Source: Mytilus trossulus (taxonomy: Eukaryota). From it: DNA of 64,000 nt. The DNA lies in the NCBI RefSeq assembly GCF_036588685.1, contig NC_086375.1, positions 13,392,001-13,456,000 of the forward strand. The letters are read 5' to 3'. Shown in pieces: positions 1 through 15,400 of this stretch; position 1 is the first letter of the stretch; the number at the start of each line of letters is the position of its first letter. A model generated the notes under the pieces. It was given only the letters and a program-made list of their open reading frames with translations. It was not told where the DNA came from and ran no database searches. A program made the translations under genes and the position numbers.

Positions 1-403
1 ATAGACATTTGCACTTTAAGCTTTGATACACCTGATCAAAATTGACTATTAAAAATGGCAAAATAACTAAAAACGTGGTCAGATATGTAGATTTCCAAGA
101 TATAAAGACTTCAGAAACGTAAATTTTCCCAAAAATATAAAAGTATTATGCATTCAGTTACCAATTAAATATTCCTCCGCAATCGATAGTGCATGATGCC
201 AAGATGAACTGTAATTTAGCCAATTAGGTTCTATTCTCGATCTTAATTTGTAAAACAAATCAAATTTATGAAGGAAGGACTTAAGACTGATTACTATTAA
301 GCACCTAGTCAGTATGGTATAAAAAGATAATCAGATCCAGCGGCAATGTTTATAGCTCTATTTACCAACAAAAGAGAAATGGAATAAAGCATGCAGCACT
401 TAC

Positions 404-3400
404 TTTTGATTTGTAGCTTCATTCTTCTTTAGTTTGTTTTTTAATTCTTCAGAAATTTCCTTCATTTCCTAAAAAATGTATATAACTCTAATACCGTGTG
501 GCTCAGACTGGACATGCACATTTATATATAACATTTGTTCCATGTTCATGCATATAGCATTCAGGCTTGTAAAGTCAGAACTCAAACTTTGTTAGAACAC
601 TTCTTTTGGCTACAAGAATTCAAAACAAAACGTGTTGTATATGCGCTTTTATTTTTGTTCTTCATCTCAAAGTAACAATGAGGCCTGTACACAGAGCTAA
701 AAATATGAGGTTTAGTTAACTTGAGCTCTATATGGGTTGGGACATCTGAAGTAAAAGAAGGCCAAGATATACATCCTCTGCTTCATAGCAGTAAATATAC
801 CCTGATGGACTGCATGATATAGGAAGCATATGGGGTTACAAACACTTGTATTGCTAAAACTAGTCACAATTCAAAGACTAAGTTTTTTTTTATGAATTTG
901 CACACAAAATAACAATAAATTTCTTTTTGAAGTATTGTACAATAAAACAATATGCATGGAAAGGTTCATATACTTATGTACCTGGTAATAATCTTCAGGG
1001 TTAAATGAAATTTGTGTTACCCAGACACCCATTTACCTCAAATAAAAATAAAAGATTTTTTTTTTTCAATTTTGCTGATAGCTTAATGCATCCAATTTGT
1101 TTACAAGTTGAACCCCTTTAAAACTTTTAAATTGAATCTAACAAGATAACAAAACGACATACTGACAAATCAAAAACATTTAGGTTTTGTTGATATGGGT
1201 ACAATTACATACAGACTTTATACAATACCTTTTCCCTCCTGTGCTGTTCTGCTAATTGCTGTTTTTTACTTATCGTCTTTGGCTTATCTGACTTCATTTT
1301 AAGCTTTTTTCTGGCTTTCTGTAAAAGCAAAATTTAAAAATTGAACATTTTTTTTTTATTATTATTGGATATGCAAAATTATTGATACTTAAAAGAGTAA
1401 GACATTTCCTTTAATATGTCAGAATCAAGATCCTATCGAATACTAGTTTAAGGAATCTCAGATTGGCAGGACCTACTTCAGTTATTGTCTTCAAGTTTAA
1501 ATTTTAAGACAACTGTAGTGAAAATATCTATCAAACTATGACCTTTTCCCAACTCACTAAAAAGCCAGCTTGACAGGGCAAAGGCAAGAATTGATCTTTT
1601 AAGGTCCAAATTCTCTACATACATAAATTTCCTACCATAAGTAGGTGGTTCTCCCTGGTCACTACAGTTTCCTTTACCAATAAAAACTGACTGTCCATGT
1701 AATAGCGCAATAGTACAAAAAAGTGGCACTAAGGCCATGGAAAAATAATTCATGGTTTCCCCTAACCCGACCCGGTCATTGTTTTATCAACAGGTCATTT
1801 AATTTTTCTGAAAAAAAAGTTTTTTTTTTTTTTTATTGCACTGACAACAAAATGTGTTGGAAATATGAAAGATTAAAGTTCCGTTGAGGAAACAAAACAT
1901 ATAGATATAAAATTATGCATGGTTACAAAAAAAAAAAAAAAAAGCCTGCCGGGTCTAAAATTTTCCCATGTTAGGGGAAACCAACAATTAATTTTCCATG
2001 GCCTAAGCATCAAGCATAGGGGCGGATCAGCCATTTAAAAAAAGGAGGGGGGGGGGGTGTCCTAACATAGGATAAATAGGGGGTTCCAACCACATGTCCC
2101 GATTCAAATGCATTGATCATCAAAAAAAAAAAGGGGGGTTTCAAACCTGCAACCCCCTCCCCCTGGATCCGCCACTGAAGCAATTTTAAAATAGATTGAC
2201 TTACCCTTGTTCTTTGGTTTGGCTTTTTCTTTGGATCTCTATCCTTCAACCAATCGTCGTAGGAATGAAATTTTTTCAGCTGTTCAAAGATAAAGTGGAT
2301 GACAAATTAAAAAGCAATTAATAATGCATTGTATAACTGTTGATTCATTTATTATTTGTGGATACCTATTCATTTGGAACTAAATTGTATTTGTGGTTTT
2401 GTACAAGTCTGCATATGAGCATACAGAGAATTTGTACTTGAAAGAACATTTAAATTTAAGGTTTACCTTTACCTATGAAATCCACTAAAAAATTTTATCC
2501 CACCGATAACAACAAATCCACAGTAACTAAAATCCCTGTCGGGAAGGATTCTGAAATTGTCTTTTTACATATTAAAAATACAAATAAGAATCACATGACA
2601 ACAGCCTTTAAAAGTTATTTCTGATTATCGACTGGCTTAAATTTTTTTTAGAGATATTAAAATAAGTTAAATTTCAATTCATATTTCAAAACACAGTAAA
2701 TTTGTGTACATGACACAATAAATAATGAGATAAATAAATATGTTTTCAAATATTTGATTGAAGATGTTTAAATATGATGATACAACACAAACAAGTAACT
2801 AGAGAGAACTGGGTTTCCAGAAACTTTCACTAGGTGCTATATATATGACGATGATGAGGTGGTTTGCAATATGTGATATTTTTGTCAATGAAAGTTTAAG
2901 TAAGCTATGAGTGATATGGAAGTACAACATAAATATTCCACCCATGCATAAAGTCTGTAGAAAATAAAAGTTCACTTGTTTAAAGGCGAGAATTGAAAAG
3001 CTTAAAAAAGAGGGGTAAAATTACAATTCTTACTCAGATATTAAAAGAAGGGAAAAAAAACGCTTCTAAAGTGCAACAGAGTAGATAATTTATTCTCTTT
3101 TTGAAACTTCAGACACAAGTAATGGAAATGTACAAAGATCATTTGAAGTGTACATGAACTTACTAAAATTATTGTAATGAAATATATATTTACCTTCACC
3201 AGATCATTTTTTTTTAATCAGATTTAGTACCTTTCAAACCTCTTGATTTTAATTCATTAAAAAATTATCATAATTTGGATGCATAACTTGAAAACAATCA
3301 TGTCAAACGTTTTCTTGTGCAGAGGTGTCTCATTGGCAATCATACCACATCTTCTTATTCTTAAATTAAGGCAGAAATACATAAACCAGGTGAGCAATAA

Positions 3401-6400
3401 AAGTACCTAAAAGCACACACAAACTACACACAGATTACCAAAAAAATGATAAAAGTGGATTGCAAATGATATAAACCAGCACAGATTTCTATAAATACCT
3501 ACACTACATTCTATATATATCTTCACTATATAAGACACTCTTTCCTACCTTATATACAGTTGATCTTCCTGGCAAGCAATAATATATATATTACTTATTT
3601 ATCTTATACTGTAAATTCAGAAATTATTGCAAGGTTTTTATTATTGCGAAAAATGTGACAGAGTTGTAAACAAAATATTTTATATGAATTAAACAGGATA
3701 TTTTTCAAAATCGTAAAAATTAAAATCGCATTAAAGTCTAAAATGACAAAATCGCAATAATTTCTGAATTTACAGTAGCTGACAAAACAATAAAAATTCT
3801 TATAACAGGTGCTGAAGAAAATTTTTAATCATTTAGAACACCTGACATGTCCCCTTGTTTAAACCAGTTTCTTTCGCACAAAGAAATGCTATAAAAACAC
3901 GTCTTTTGAAATTACCCGACTTGTTTCCCAATTTTTTCAATGGTTAAAGTTTCCTGTGGAAATGCTACCCCTTCTGGGATAAAAAGTAAAACATAAAAAT
4001 ACCTAACTCTGAGGAAAATTCATAACAGTAAGTCCCTAATCAAATGGTAAAATCAAACGAATCGAAAACTGACACAAATACTGGTTAAGCAATATCTAAT
4101 ATTCAATGACACTGTCTCATCTTAATATTCACAAAGTTAGTTCTACTCTTTAAGAACATCAAATCAATGCATCTATCAGCTGGTGCATATTAAAAAAATT
4201 AAAATGTCATATATGTATAGATTGTCATCATCATTTTTTTGTCTCTTATAAAAGTACAAAAGTAAATACACTACGGTCATAACATTAAGGAAGTAAACAG
4301 TTTTTGTAATAACTTTCAGGAATGAAACTTACAAATATGTCTTTATAAGCATGAAAGGTAGCCCAATTAAATATATTTATATTCATTTCAAATTTTTCTG
4401 ACCTTTTTTTAAAAAAACACATTTTTAATACATTTCCTTTTTATAATTAACATTTATCAAAATTGAACAATTAAACTCCATAATATATTTCAATAGGAAA
4501 TAAATATAATGTCAGCTTTTAAAATTTCTTCCAGCTAAGTCATAAGATATTTAATTTCAAATAACTAAAAAATGCTGATAAAAATGAATCAAATACAAAT
4601 ATCAAAACTCATACAAGTAACTCTTTTCCTTTATTATTCAACATTTGATGAATCTTTTTAATAAAATAATGACTTGTTATCATGGGAACTCTTTTAATGT
4701 AGTAGAGTTAAGCCAATTAGAAAATTATCTGTAAACATGATTTTAATTATAGATTATTGTTGATCATCTTAACGAGATTGATTTTCTCGCTTGAGCTGGT
4801 ACAGCGAAAGTGAGAAAAGCAATAGAGTTGAGATGACCAATAATAATCTGTTTATCGCTATTTTACCTATGACGACGTTGTCAATTTCATGTCAATTTCG
4901 TTAGCAACGCCACATGGCCTCCTTAGTTTCTAGCGATAATTTTTCCATCTCAAACAAGAAGCATGGTATGAAAATTATCACAAAAAAAGATCAAAAGAAA
5001 AATGCACAAAATAGCGATAATACATATTATACATACATCTTCTTCTGTGATGAAATCTTCTTCGTCATCATCTCGATATTTCTAAAAATAGAAATTAAAA
5101 TATGTAATAGATTGAATATAATACATGAATATTTAGGGACCATTTCATGATGTATATACAATACATGAACAATTTCAGGCCTGTAGCCAGGAATTTCCAA
5201 GGGGGGGGGGTTTGTTGGACTCACAAACTCGACTTTAACAGTCACAATTCGAACAGAACATTGACTTTAACAGTGCTTATTTGTTTTCAAGGGGGGAGTT
5301 CGATCAAACCCCCCGAACCCCCCTGGCTACGGGTATGATCTAGGGACCATTTCATGATGTATGAGGAACTTAAATACTATCAACATATTAAATGACAGGC
5401 CTTTTTATTGATCAGGTTTCTGTCGCTATATTCTTCTTCTTATGTTGGGGACTACTGTTTGTCTATTTTCTTTTCCTTTGATATTGAGCCTGGGGGATAG
5501 TTTGCAATGGCATTTCCTTTTTTTACTTGACTAATGTTTTTAACTGACACGTACCTTAGTATTATTTTTTCTCTACCAATCCATACCCATATTTAGAGAT
5601 TAAATTAAGTAAGGTTCATCATTTTTTTCAGACAAAACTATGTAAACAGAACCACTTTAAATCTTTACATAATGAGAGAATAGTATATATCTCACTTTGT
5701 AAATAAAATCAAAGAAACTGTCCTCTTCTTCCTCCTCCCGAGTAAACCTCTGAGATTTGGGTTTTTTCCTCGACTGAAATCCTAAAAAATAATAAATATA
5801 TCGTAGATTCATGGCCTCTAAATGTTTTTCGCTACAATAGAATACTGTAAATTTTCAAATTATTTTTCTATAAAATTCACAAAAATAAATGGCTTGCAAA
5901 AATTAGTTAGTTTACAGTATGTGAATTTTACATAGAAATGTATATTTTTTTGAGAAATCACATCATATTGGGGCAACCTTAAAAAATTGTTTGATGTTGC
6001 CATGCATTGTAGGTTTGGGTAGGTAGGTAGAAATTATGTTTTTTCTTATCACTTGCCAAATGATAATATCTATACATAATAGAGGAGAATATTCAAATTC
6101 AAACTTACATTAGGATGATAAGTATCTTAAACAAAAGACAGATTTGAGTATCATTTGACATTTATCGTGGTGACATATTGAACTGTTTGATAAATAGTCA
6201 TCAGCTGTTTATCTGTTATATGTTTGAACTTTAATAAACATTATAATGTGCATATATATAAAAATACAATAATTCAAATTGTAGAAAACAATTGCCATCT
6301 TCAAATGATCTTCCCTGAAAATGCCTTAAATATTTGCCACTGAACATTAAGCAAACAAGTCTCCAATTTATCATCATGATACAAATTTCCTTATTTTTTT

Positions 6401-9400
6401 AAATTATTTTTTATTACTGTTCATTGCCTTTATTTCTTAATATTGTGTCACAGATGTTACTATAAATACTATACTATTTATATTTCTAGAAATGCATAGA
6501 ATCCAAGTAGCAAGTTTTATTTATTAAATGATGTAATAGACAATGATAAACCTCAGTATAATAACTGCAAACCAATTAACTTTTGCAAGAGTTTTATTTA
6601 TTGGGACTTTAAAAGGTACCAAAAAAATAAAAAGGACAAAAATACTGAATTCCAAGGAAAATTCAAATGAGAAAGTCCCTAATCAAATGGCAAACTCGAA
6701 AGCTGAAACAATCAAATAAATGAATGGAAAACAGCTGTCAGTTTCCTGACTTGGTACAGGTATTTCCTTATGTAGAAAATATATGTTGCAAAATTCAAAA
6801 GCTTAGAAAATAACTATAATATATTGCCTTGAAGTTTAGTAGAAAGGGCTTCCCAGGTAAGGGGAACAGTGGGATCCCTCTAACATGTTTAACCCTGCCA
6901 AATTCTTAGTATGTGCCTATTCCAAGTCAGGAGCCTGTAATTCAGCGGTTGTTTGTTTATGTGTTACATATTTGTTTTTTGTTCATATTTTTGTACACAA
7001 ATTAAGACCGTTAGTTTTCTCATTTGAATTGTTTTACATTTGACATTTTGGAGCATTTTATAAGGGACTAAGCGGTACAGAGACCTAAAATTATTGTGCC
7101 ATTTGGTCTTTTGTGGAGAGTTATCTCATTGGCAATCATACCACATCTTCTCTTTTATATTCATACGTAAAAGAGTCTGCAAAAATAAGTTGGTTATTGT
7201 TAATTGAGAAATTATTACAGGGTAAATCATATTCATAACTCAAAACAGAAATAAAGATAAACTACTTACTTCTTTGAAAAACAAAATCTCCGAATACATC
7301 GACAAACAACTTTCTGAAGAACCAAGACTGAAAAAATATAGAGAAGAAATGATCCTTTGTTGACATGAAATAATTACATGCCCATTAAAAATGAAAACTA
7401 ATTCAATGGAAATTAATTTAGATTGGCAATACCATGATTTGCTTTATCTACAAGGACCCTTATCTTATCCATGTTTTTATTTGTTTTTTAACACTCTAAC
7501 ATCATAGTCCATTATGCTGAAACAAGAATGTGTCCTTTAATCCTTAGAGATGCCTAACTAATAGTGTTCGGTCTGGGTGTCCATAGTTTCTTCTGTACTT
7601 CTGTCCCGCTTAAGGTTAAAGTTTTTGGTCAAAGTAGTTTTTGCTGGAGTTAAAGTCCTATCAACTATGAGGGTATCATCAGCTCAGTAGTCAGTGCTTC
7701 GGTACTGACATGATTTAACCAACTTTATTAAAATTGTCCATTTATAAATTTTGAAATTATTATAAAACTAAGGTTTCAACTCCCTCAGACAAAGTTGACT
7801 TTAGATGAATTTGGCTATCTTTTTTTAGGTATTTTTAAAATATAGCTCTTCAAATATTTTCAGTATTTATATATCTTCAGAGTTCAAATGTTTGGCATTC
7901 AGCGTTCCTGATGAAGGTAAATCCAGAAAAGCGCTTTGGACGCATTTAAATCATTAAATGTGTTGTTTTCCATTTTTTATAAAACTTAATCCAGAAAAAC
8001 ACTGTATATGCAATAAATAAAGTATCTGTGATGTTTTAAAACTGATCTTGAAAAAACATACAGCATAGCTTTCTTCATCATCTTCTTCAAGATCTTCATC
8101 AGTAAAATCTTCTTCTTCGTCGTCAGTTTCATAGCAGTACTGACATCCACAACTTTGACAGCATCCTCCTACTATCCTGTTCACTAGAAAACAAAATATA
8201 AATGGTATAAGTATTGATAGGGGGTCTCATTTGGGGGATGTGGATCCAGGATCCAGCTTATTGTTTTGTCAGAATGCATATCCTGCTTCTGGCATGTAAT
8301 TTCCTGTGTCCACCCAACTTCGTTTCCTGTTTTCCTGTTAAATTATTTTACTTTCATAGCTCACACTTAAAAAAAATCAACCAATCCCACGTCAGGCTTA
8401 CACCCCAATGAGACCCACTTCATAAGCACAAGATTACAAAGGCAAATTTCAATTCTTAAGTATAAGTATGAACAGACCTGCATATTTTCTTGTTAGCTGG
8501 AAATAAGCTTGACTAAGTCTCTGAAATGTCTCAGTAGCACCAGGATCATCTGGATTCTAGAAAATATAAAAAAAATCTGAAACTGTTATACAAGATAGTG
8601 TCCACAAGTCAACACATGGATGCCCAATCTGCACTATCATTTCCTATTTTCAGTGGACTGTAAAATTGGAATATTGCTGATATAAATATCTGACAAGAAA
8701 TGTATGAAATGTACAAGAAAGATTGCTTACAATTCAATTCTTATATTCAATTTCCAAAGGGGAATAACTCTTTAAAAATAATTGATTATCTAACTTTCTT
8801 TTAAATACTTCAATCTGCACCATCATTTTCTATGTTCAGTGGAATGTAAAATTGGATTATTGCTGATATAAATATTTGACAAGAAATGTACAAGAGAGAT
8901 GGCTTACAATGCAATTCTATATACATATTAAATTTCCAAAGGGGAATAACTTTTTAATAAATAATTGATTATCCAACTTTCTTTTAAATACTTCCTTCAA
9001 ACTAAATCACCTATATTTTTGTAAAACTAAAAACCCATTGAATAATATTTTTACAAACCTTGTCTGGGTGATGCTGTAAAGCTAGTTTTTTGTATTTCTT
9101 TTTAATATCCTCTGAAAAAAAATTGAAAAAACTTTTAAGGCAAAATGTCTATTTTCTACATTTACTTATCACTATTTCATGTATTCCCAAAAGTAAACCT
9201 TGTGATAAGGATTTCCTAACAGAGTATAATAATTGTTAGAAAATTTTAAAAGTCAACTTGTGTTTTCTACATAAGACTATTTAACTGAAATTTGTTAATG
9301 TTCAACATCACTAACCATATGATGTCTTGCAACTTTGGGATATATACATGTATATTGATACTACATCTTGTAAATGTTGTGAATGGAATAATGAACTTTA

Positions 9401-12400
9401 TCGGTTGTCCAATTGTCTATATCACTCTGCTCAGCTCTTAATATTATTCCATATCACTGCTTTGTGACATCAAATACTTTGACCCAGCCTTAATAACTTT
9501 GACCCAGACATGTTTTTTTCTACGTAAATTAAATCAAGTTTTAATTTAATCAGTCAGAGCTCTGACATAAACAAGTCAGAATGAACTGACTTCTTCAAGT
9601 CAGAAAATGTTTTGAAATTCTGACCTGTACGGGTCAATTTTTGTTTTGCGTAGTTTTCCATCGAGTCCGTCAAACCAGAAGTTATTTTGAATTTGCCGCC
9701 GATCTAAGACACATACGATCACGTGGTTTTTTGCGAGAGATCACGTGTTTGAGAGTCGTTGTTTTGGGAGTTTCTCGAACGAGAAGTTATTGAAAATATA
9801 GTGATTATTTACGTTTTTTTAGTGAAAATCTAGGTCAATGTGGTCATTTTCAGATGGTAATTCATATTACCTCCGTATTTTCATGGCCATTTTAATATTT
9901 TTTACGTGTAAAGAAGGTCTTTGCAAGTGATTTTGTTGCTGTTTTATGAAGGCGCGTGACCTGTAAATACGGACGCGTGGCCTTTGAGATGACCTGGTGT
10001 CTGACAATTCTGACTTGTTCAGGTCAGAAAATGTTGTTATGATAATGAACTGTTATTTTCGGGAGACAACTCGTGTTGTCTTAAACAGTATTAACATTAT
10101 TAACCAGTCAGTGCAATTTTAAAAGTGAAATTATTGCTTTAAGATGAACATCGTCACGTGATTTTTCTATTTTTAAACTCAATCATGAATTGACTTTTAA
10201 ACCTTTCCGAGTTTGCGGCTTATTAAATATATTTGTTTTTTCGTTTCTCCCAATGAGAAAAACGATCTTTTGAATATTGATATTCATGAAAATGAAATGA
10301 AAATCGGAATAAGTTAAATAAAGGAAAAAGGAAGGGAGGGTTTAACTAAAGAACCAAATATTTTTTTAGTTTTATTTAAAAAAAAAAAGGATTTTAACTT
10401 GAGAACATTAAAAGATTCACAAAACGGGTTTTCAGTTATGATTATGGAATATGATATTAAAAATAAATCAAATGAAATGTAGGGTGAGTCTCAAAGGGAT
10501 AACCCCTACTCCTGTCATTTAACTTGTGAACAGTCGAGAATCTAGTCCAAATAATTATGACGTCTTGAAAGGCTATTATAAGTTTTTTCTTTGACGCCTT
10601 ACTTGATGTAAGGCGTCAATGAAAAAAAATATAATAGCCTTTCAAGACGTCATAATTATTTGGACTATCGAGAATCCTGCCCCCTAAACTCAATTTGTTC
10701 TCTCTGTAAAGTATCATGAAATATACCAGGCAAGTCTCTATGGGTCGCCCCACCCCTTGTCATTTGAGAAAAATCTTACATCTTGAAAATGATAAGATCC
10801 CCTTTAAACCATATATATTCCTTTTTATAATGTCAAATTGATTTGAATGAAATATACTGGGCTAGTCTCTGGGTTTAACCCCCCCTTGCCATTTGTGAAT
10901 GTTCTCATATTTTGTAAACGGTCGAGATCCCCACCCATAAACCATATATATTCTTGTATGGGAAAATAAAACAAACCCAATGAAATATAGGGGAAGTCCC
11001 TTGGGGGGGGGGGTCACACCACCCCTCCTGTGTGAAAACATGTAAATGGTCAAGACCCCCACAACTGTACCATATATATAGGTGTAAGTGACAACAAGAC
11101 AAATCAAATGAAATAAAGATAAAGTCCCTTGGGGTCACCCCACTCCCTTATGTTTGTAAATTTGTAAGCGGTTGAGATCCCCACCCCTTAAGCCTATATA
11201 TTATTATATGGGACAATACAACGAATCAAATAAAATAAAGGGAAAGTCCATGGGGGTCATCCCCATCCACCTTTCTGAAATGGTCTGGATCACCACCCCT
11301 TAACCGTATAATATTCCTGTTCGTCATTTCAAGAAGATTTGAATGACATACAGGGTCAATCCCTAGAAGTTACTTACATGTATGCATATCACTTTACTAG
11401 ACCAAACCAATTTTTACTTGAACTTGCTCAATGTCAGGCGACCATGGGAATGACAAATTATTGGAGCTTTGTTTGAGAGACCTCCTAACAGCGTCCTCTT
11501 ACAATTATTTTTATTTGCTGAGAGACCACCTTTACATATTATATTGATCAGTGTTTGTGCAAACAGAATTGTCTATTCAGTATTATTTTCCTCTCACATG
11601 AATCACTTCTTATTAATTACATGGCATATATGTTTTCCTATGAAGTTACCGTACGCATCTATAATTCTTACCCCAGATGCATAGCCACATAAAGCATTAA
11701 CCTTTTATTTAAAATATAGATAGTCTTTGTTTCTACAGAAGTGAGAAGAACATTGGAAGTCAGTATGTTCCGACTTATAAAAGTCTGAATGAAACGCGCG
11801 TCTGGCATACTACATGTAAATGACAATCCTGGTACTTTTGATAACTATTCTGACTTTAATTCAATAAGACTCAGAATGATCTGAAGATACTGACTTGTTT
11901 TTAATGTTATGAGTATTTAAGAATATGAATGCTCTTGCCATGCTAGTACCATAAGAAATCCTGACAAGATTTTGTTCCCAAAAAATCTATATTAAAAATA
12001 ACAAGTGTACGATTGAACATAATTACAAAGTTATAAATGTTGCTAAAAAATCTATTTAAAAACACCCAATAGATAGTTATCTTTCAACTTTTACATGTAT
12101 TTAAAAAACAGTGAAAATATTATGTATTATATATATGTACCGCTTCTTGAAGGACAACAAAGTCACCAAACTTAGTCTGATTTTCTAAGTATTTTCTCCT
12201 CAACATTTTTTTAAAACAGAACATAATTTGACCTATTTAAGTCAGTTTACAGGAGAAGAAAAAAATCCGATCAAACTAGGTTTCTTCATCTTAGCCCCCC
12301 CCCCCCCCTTTTTTCTCCTTATCTGAATCTTCTACTGTTGAGTTAATTAATTGATATTTTTTTTTTAAGAAACAATTCAGTCAAATGGTTTTTGGAATAA

Positions 12401-15400
12401 TGTTTTTACAATCAAAAGTTTTATATGTTAACATAACAGAAAAAAAGTCATGAAAATACAAAAATAAAATAAATTTTTAAGATATTAATTTGATGAAATT
12501 TGTTAACAAAATACATTTGAATATAAAATATACCAAATACATTTTTTTATAGTCCTCATTATTGTGACTTTGGGGGACCTTATTTCGTCAGTCTTTTATA
12601 TGGTTTCCCATACATTTTAAAATCAATATGAAAATCCTAGACTTAAAAGTTGAAATAAGTTTAGTTTTGACTGACTCTTTGAAGTCAGAACATGAATTTG
12701 ACCAGTTAAAGTCAGTTTACAGAGATAAATTAAATCCAATGAAAACTATGTCTTCTTCTTCTAAGCCCCCCCCCCCCCCTTTTTTCCCATTATCTGAATC
12801 TGCTACTGTTGGGTTAATTAATTGATAGGTTTATTAGAAACAATTCAGTCAAATCGTTTAAAATTAATATATTCTGATTTTCCAATACATTCTTAAATGC
12901 ATATGACAATGCCAGACTAAAACGTTGTACTAATTAGCTAAAGTGAAGTTTTTGACTGACTCTTTGAAGTCAGAACATAATTTGACCTGTTAAAGTCAGT
13001 TGACAGGGAAAAAATGTCCAATCAAAACTAGGTCTTCTTCCTTTAAGCCCCCTCCATATCTGAATCTGCTACTGTTGAGTTAATTAATTCATATTTTTTT
13101 TTAAGAATCAATTCAGTCAAATGGTTTTTAAAATAATGTTTTTTTAAAACCAAAAGTTCCAAATCTTAATTTAACAGAAAAAAGTCATGAAAATACAGAA
13201 ATAATACAATATTTTTTTTTAAATAATTTGATGAAAATCTTTAGAAATCAAAATACATTTGAATATTGAATATATCAATTAAAAATGTTCCATCATTTTT
13301 AAATCAATATGAAAATCCTGGCCTTAAAAGTTGAAATTAGTTTAGTTTTGACAGACTCTTTGAAGTCAGAACATGATTTGACCTGATAAAGTCAGTTTAC
13401 AGGTGGGAAAATCCAATTAAACTAGGTTTCTTCATCTTAGCATCCCCCTTTTTCTTTATCTGAATCTGCTACTGTTGATTTTAATTAATTGATAATTTTT
13501 TTTAAGAAACAATTCAGTCAAATGGTTTTTAGAATATTTTTTTTACAACTATAAGTTCTATATGTAAAAAAATCATGAAAATGCAGAAATAGAATAAATT
13601 TTTAAGATATTAATTTGATATAATTTGTTAACAAAATACATTTAAATATAAAATATACCAAATACATTTTTTTATAGTCCTCATTATTGTGACTTTGGGG
13701 GACCTTATTTCGTCAGTCTTTTATCTGGTTTCCCATACATTTTAAAATCAATATGAAAATCCTAGACTTAATTAAGTTGAAATAAGTTTAGTTTTGACTG
13801 ACTCTTTGAAGTCAGAACATGAATTTGACCTGTAAAAGTCAGTTTACAGAGATAAATTAAATCCAATGAAAACTATGCCCCCCCCCCTTTTCCCCTTATC
13901 TGAATCTGCTACTGTTGGGTTAATTGATTGATAGGTTTATTAGAAACGATTCAGTCAAATGGTTAAAAATAATTTATTTTACAACCAAAAGTTCCATGTG
14001 TTAACTTACCAGAAAAGAAAGGTCATGAAAATACAGAAATATAATAATAATTTCAAGATGATTTGATGAAATTTGTAAACAAAATATATTTGAATATAAA
14101 ATATACCAAAGACATTTTTTTATAGTCCTTGTTATTGTGACTTTATTATTGGGTGTCTTTTATCTGATTTTCCAATACATTCTTAAATGCATATGACAAT
14201 GCCAGACTAAAAAGTTGTACTAATAAGCTAAAGTGAAGTTTTTGACTGACTCTTTGAAGTCGGAACATAATTTGCAAATTATATATTTGAATATTGAATA
14301 TGCAAAATAAACTTTTTTATAGTCCTCATTATTGAGCCGTATGGGGACCTTATTTCGTCAGTCTTTTATCTGGCTTTTCCGTACATTTTTAAATCAATAT
14401 GAAAAAACTAGACTATAAAGTTGAAATAAGTTTAGTTGGGACTGACTCTTTGAAGTCAGAACACGATTTGACCTGTTAAAGTCAGTTGACAGGGAAAAAA
14501 TGTCCAATCAAAACTAGGTCTTCTTTCTTTAAGCCCCCTCCATATCTGAATCTGCTACTGTAGAGTTAATTAATTCATTATTTTTTTCAATCTTATTAAA
14601 ATAAGTTCTCATTACTTGCTCCTTGATTTTTTTATATGTCGCACACGGCGACATATAAAAAATCGAGGAGCAAGTGATGAGAATTTATTTTAATAAGATT
14701 GAATTTTTTTTAAGAAACAATTCAGTCAAATGGTTTTTAAAATAATGTTTTTTTTTTAAAACCAAAAGTTCCAAATATTAATTTAACAGAAATTAGTCAT
14801 GAAAAAACAGAAATATAATAATTTTTTTAAGATAATTTGAAGAAATTTGTTAACAAAATATATTTGAATTTTAAATACTAGTATACCATACACTTTTTTA
14901 TAGTCCTCATTTTTGTGACTTTATTATTGGGTGTCTTTTATCTGAGTTTCTTATACATTCTTAAATGCATATGACAATCCCAGACTTAAAGTTGCAATAC
15001 TTAATTAAAGTATAGTATTTTACTGACTCCTTGAAGTCAGAACATAATGTGACTTGTTCAAGTCAGTTTGCACTTAAAGGATTTACCTCAATGAAATATT
15101 AAGATATCAAAAATATACCAAATTATCTTTTATATAGGTCTTACAATTGTGACTTAATATTTGTGATTTTTTTTCCTACTTGTATCCATACATTCTAACT
15201 ATTACATCACAATCATGATAATGCCCGACTATTACAGAACTTTGCAAACCATTTAGTTTTTGACGGACTCTTTTAAGTCAGAACATGATTTGACCTGTTC
15301 AAGTCAGTTTGAAGAACAAAATTTCAAATCAAAGCGAAGTGATCTTCCTCTTAGTCTTACCCCCCTTCTGAATCTGCCACTGTTGAGTTTATTTATTAAT

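Noticed and set aside
8625-8995. ~185-bp direct duplication in DnaJ intron 2
   Set aside because: Two diverged units of a common repeat fragment; no coding or structural signal.
11785-11850. Second hammerhead-like motif GAAACGCGCGTCTGGC
   Set aside because: Has GAAA, palindromic stem III and a GUC site, but lacks an intact CUGANGA box and stem II upstream; a truncated relic.
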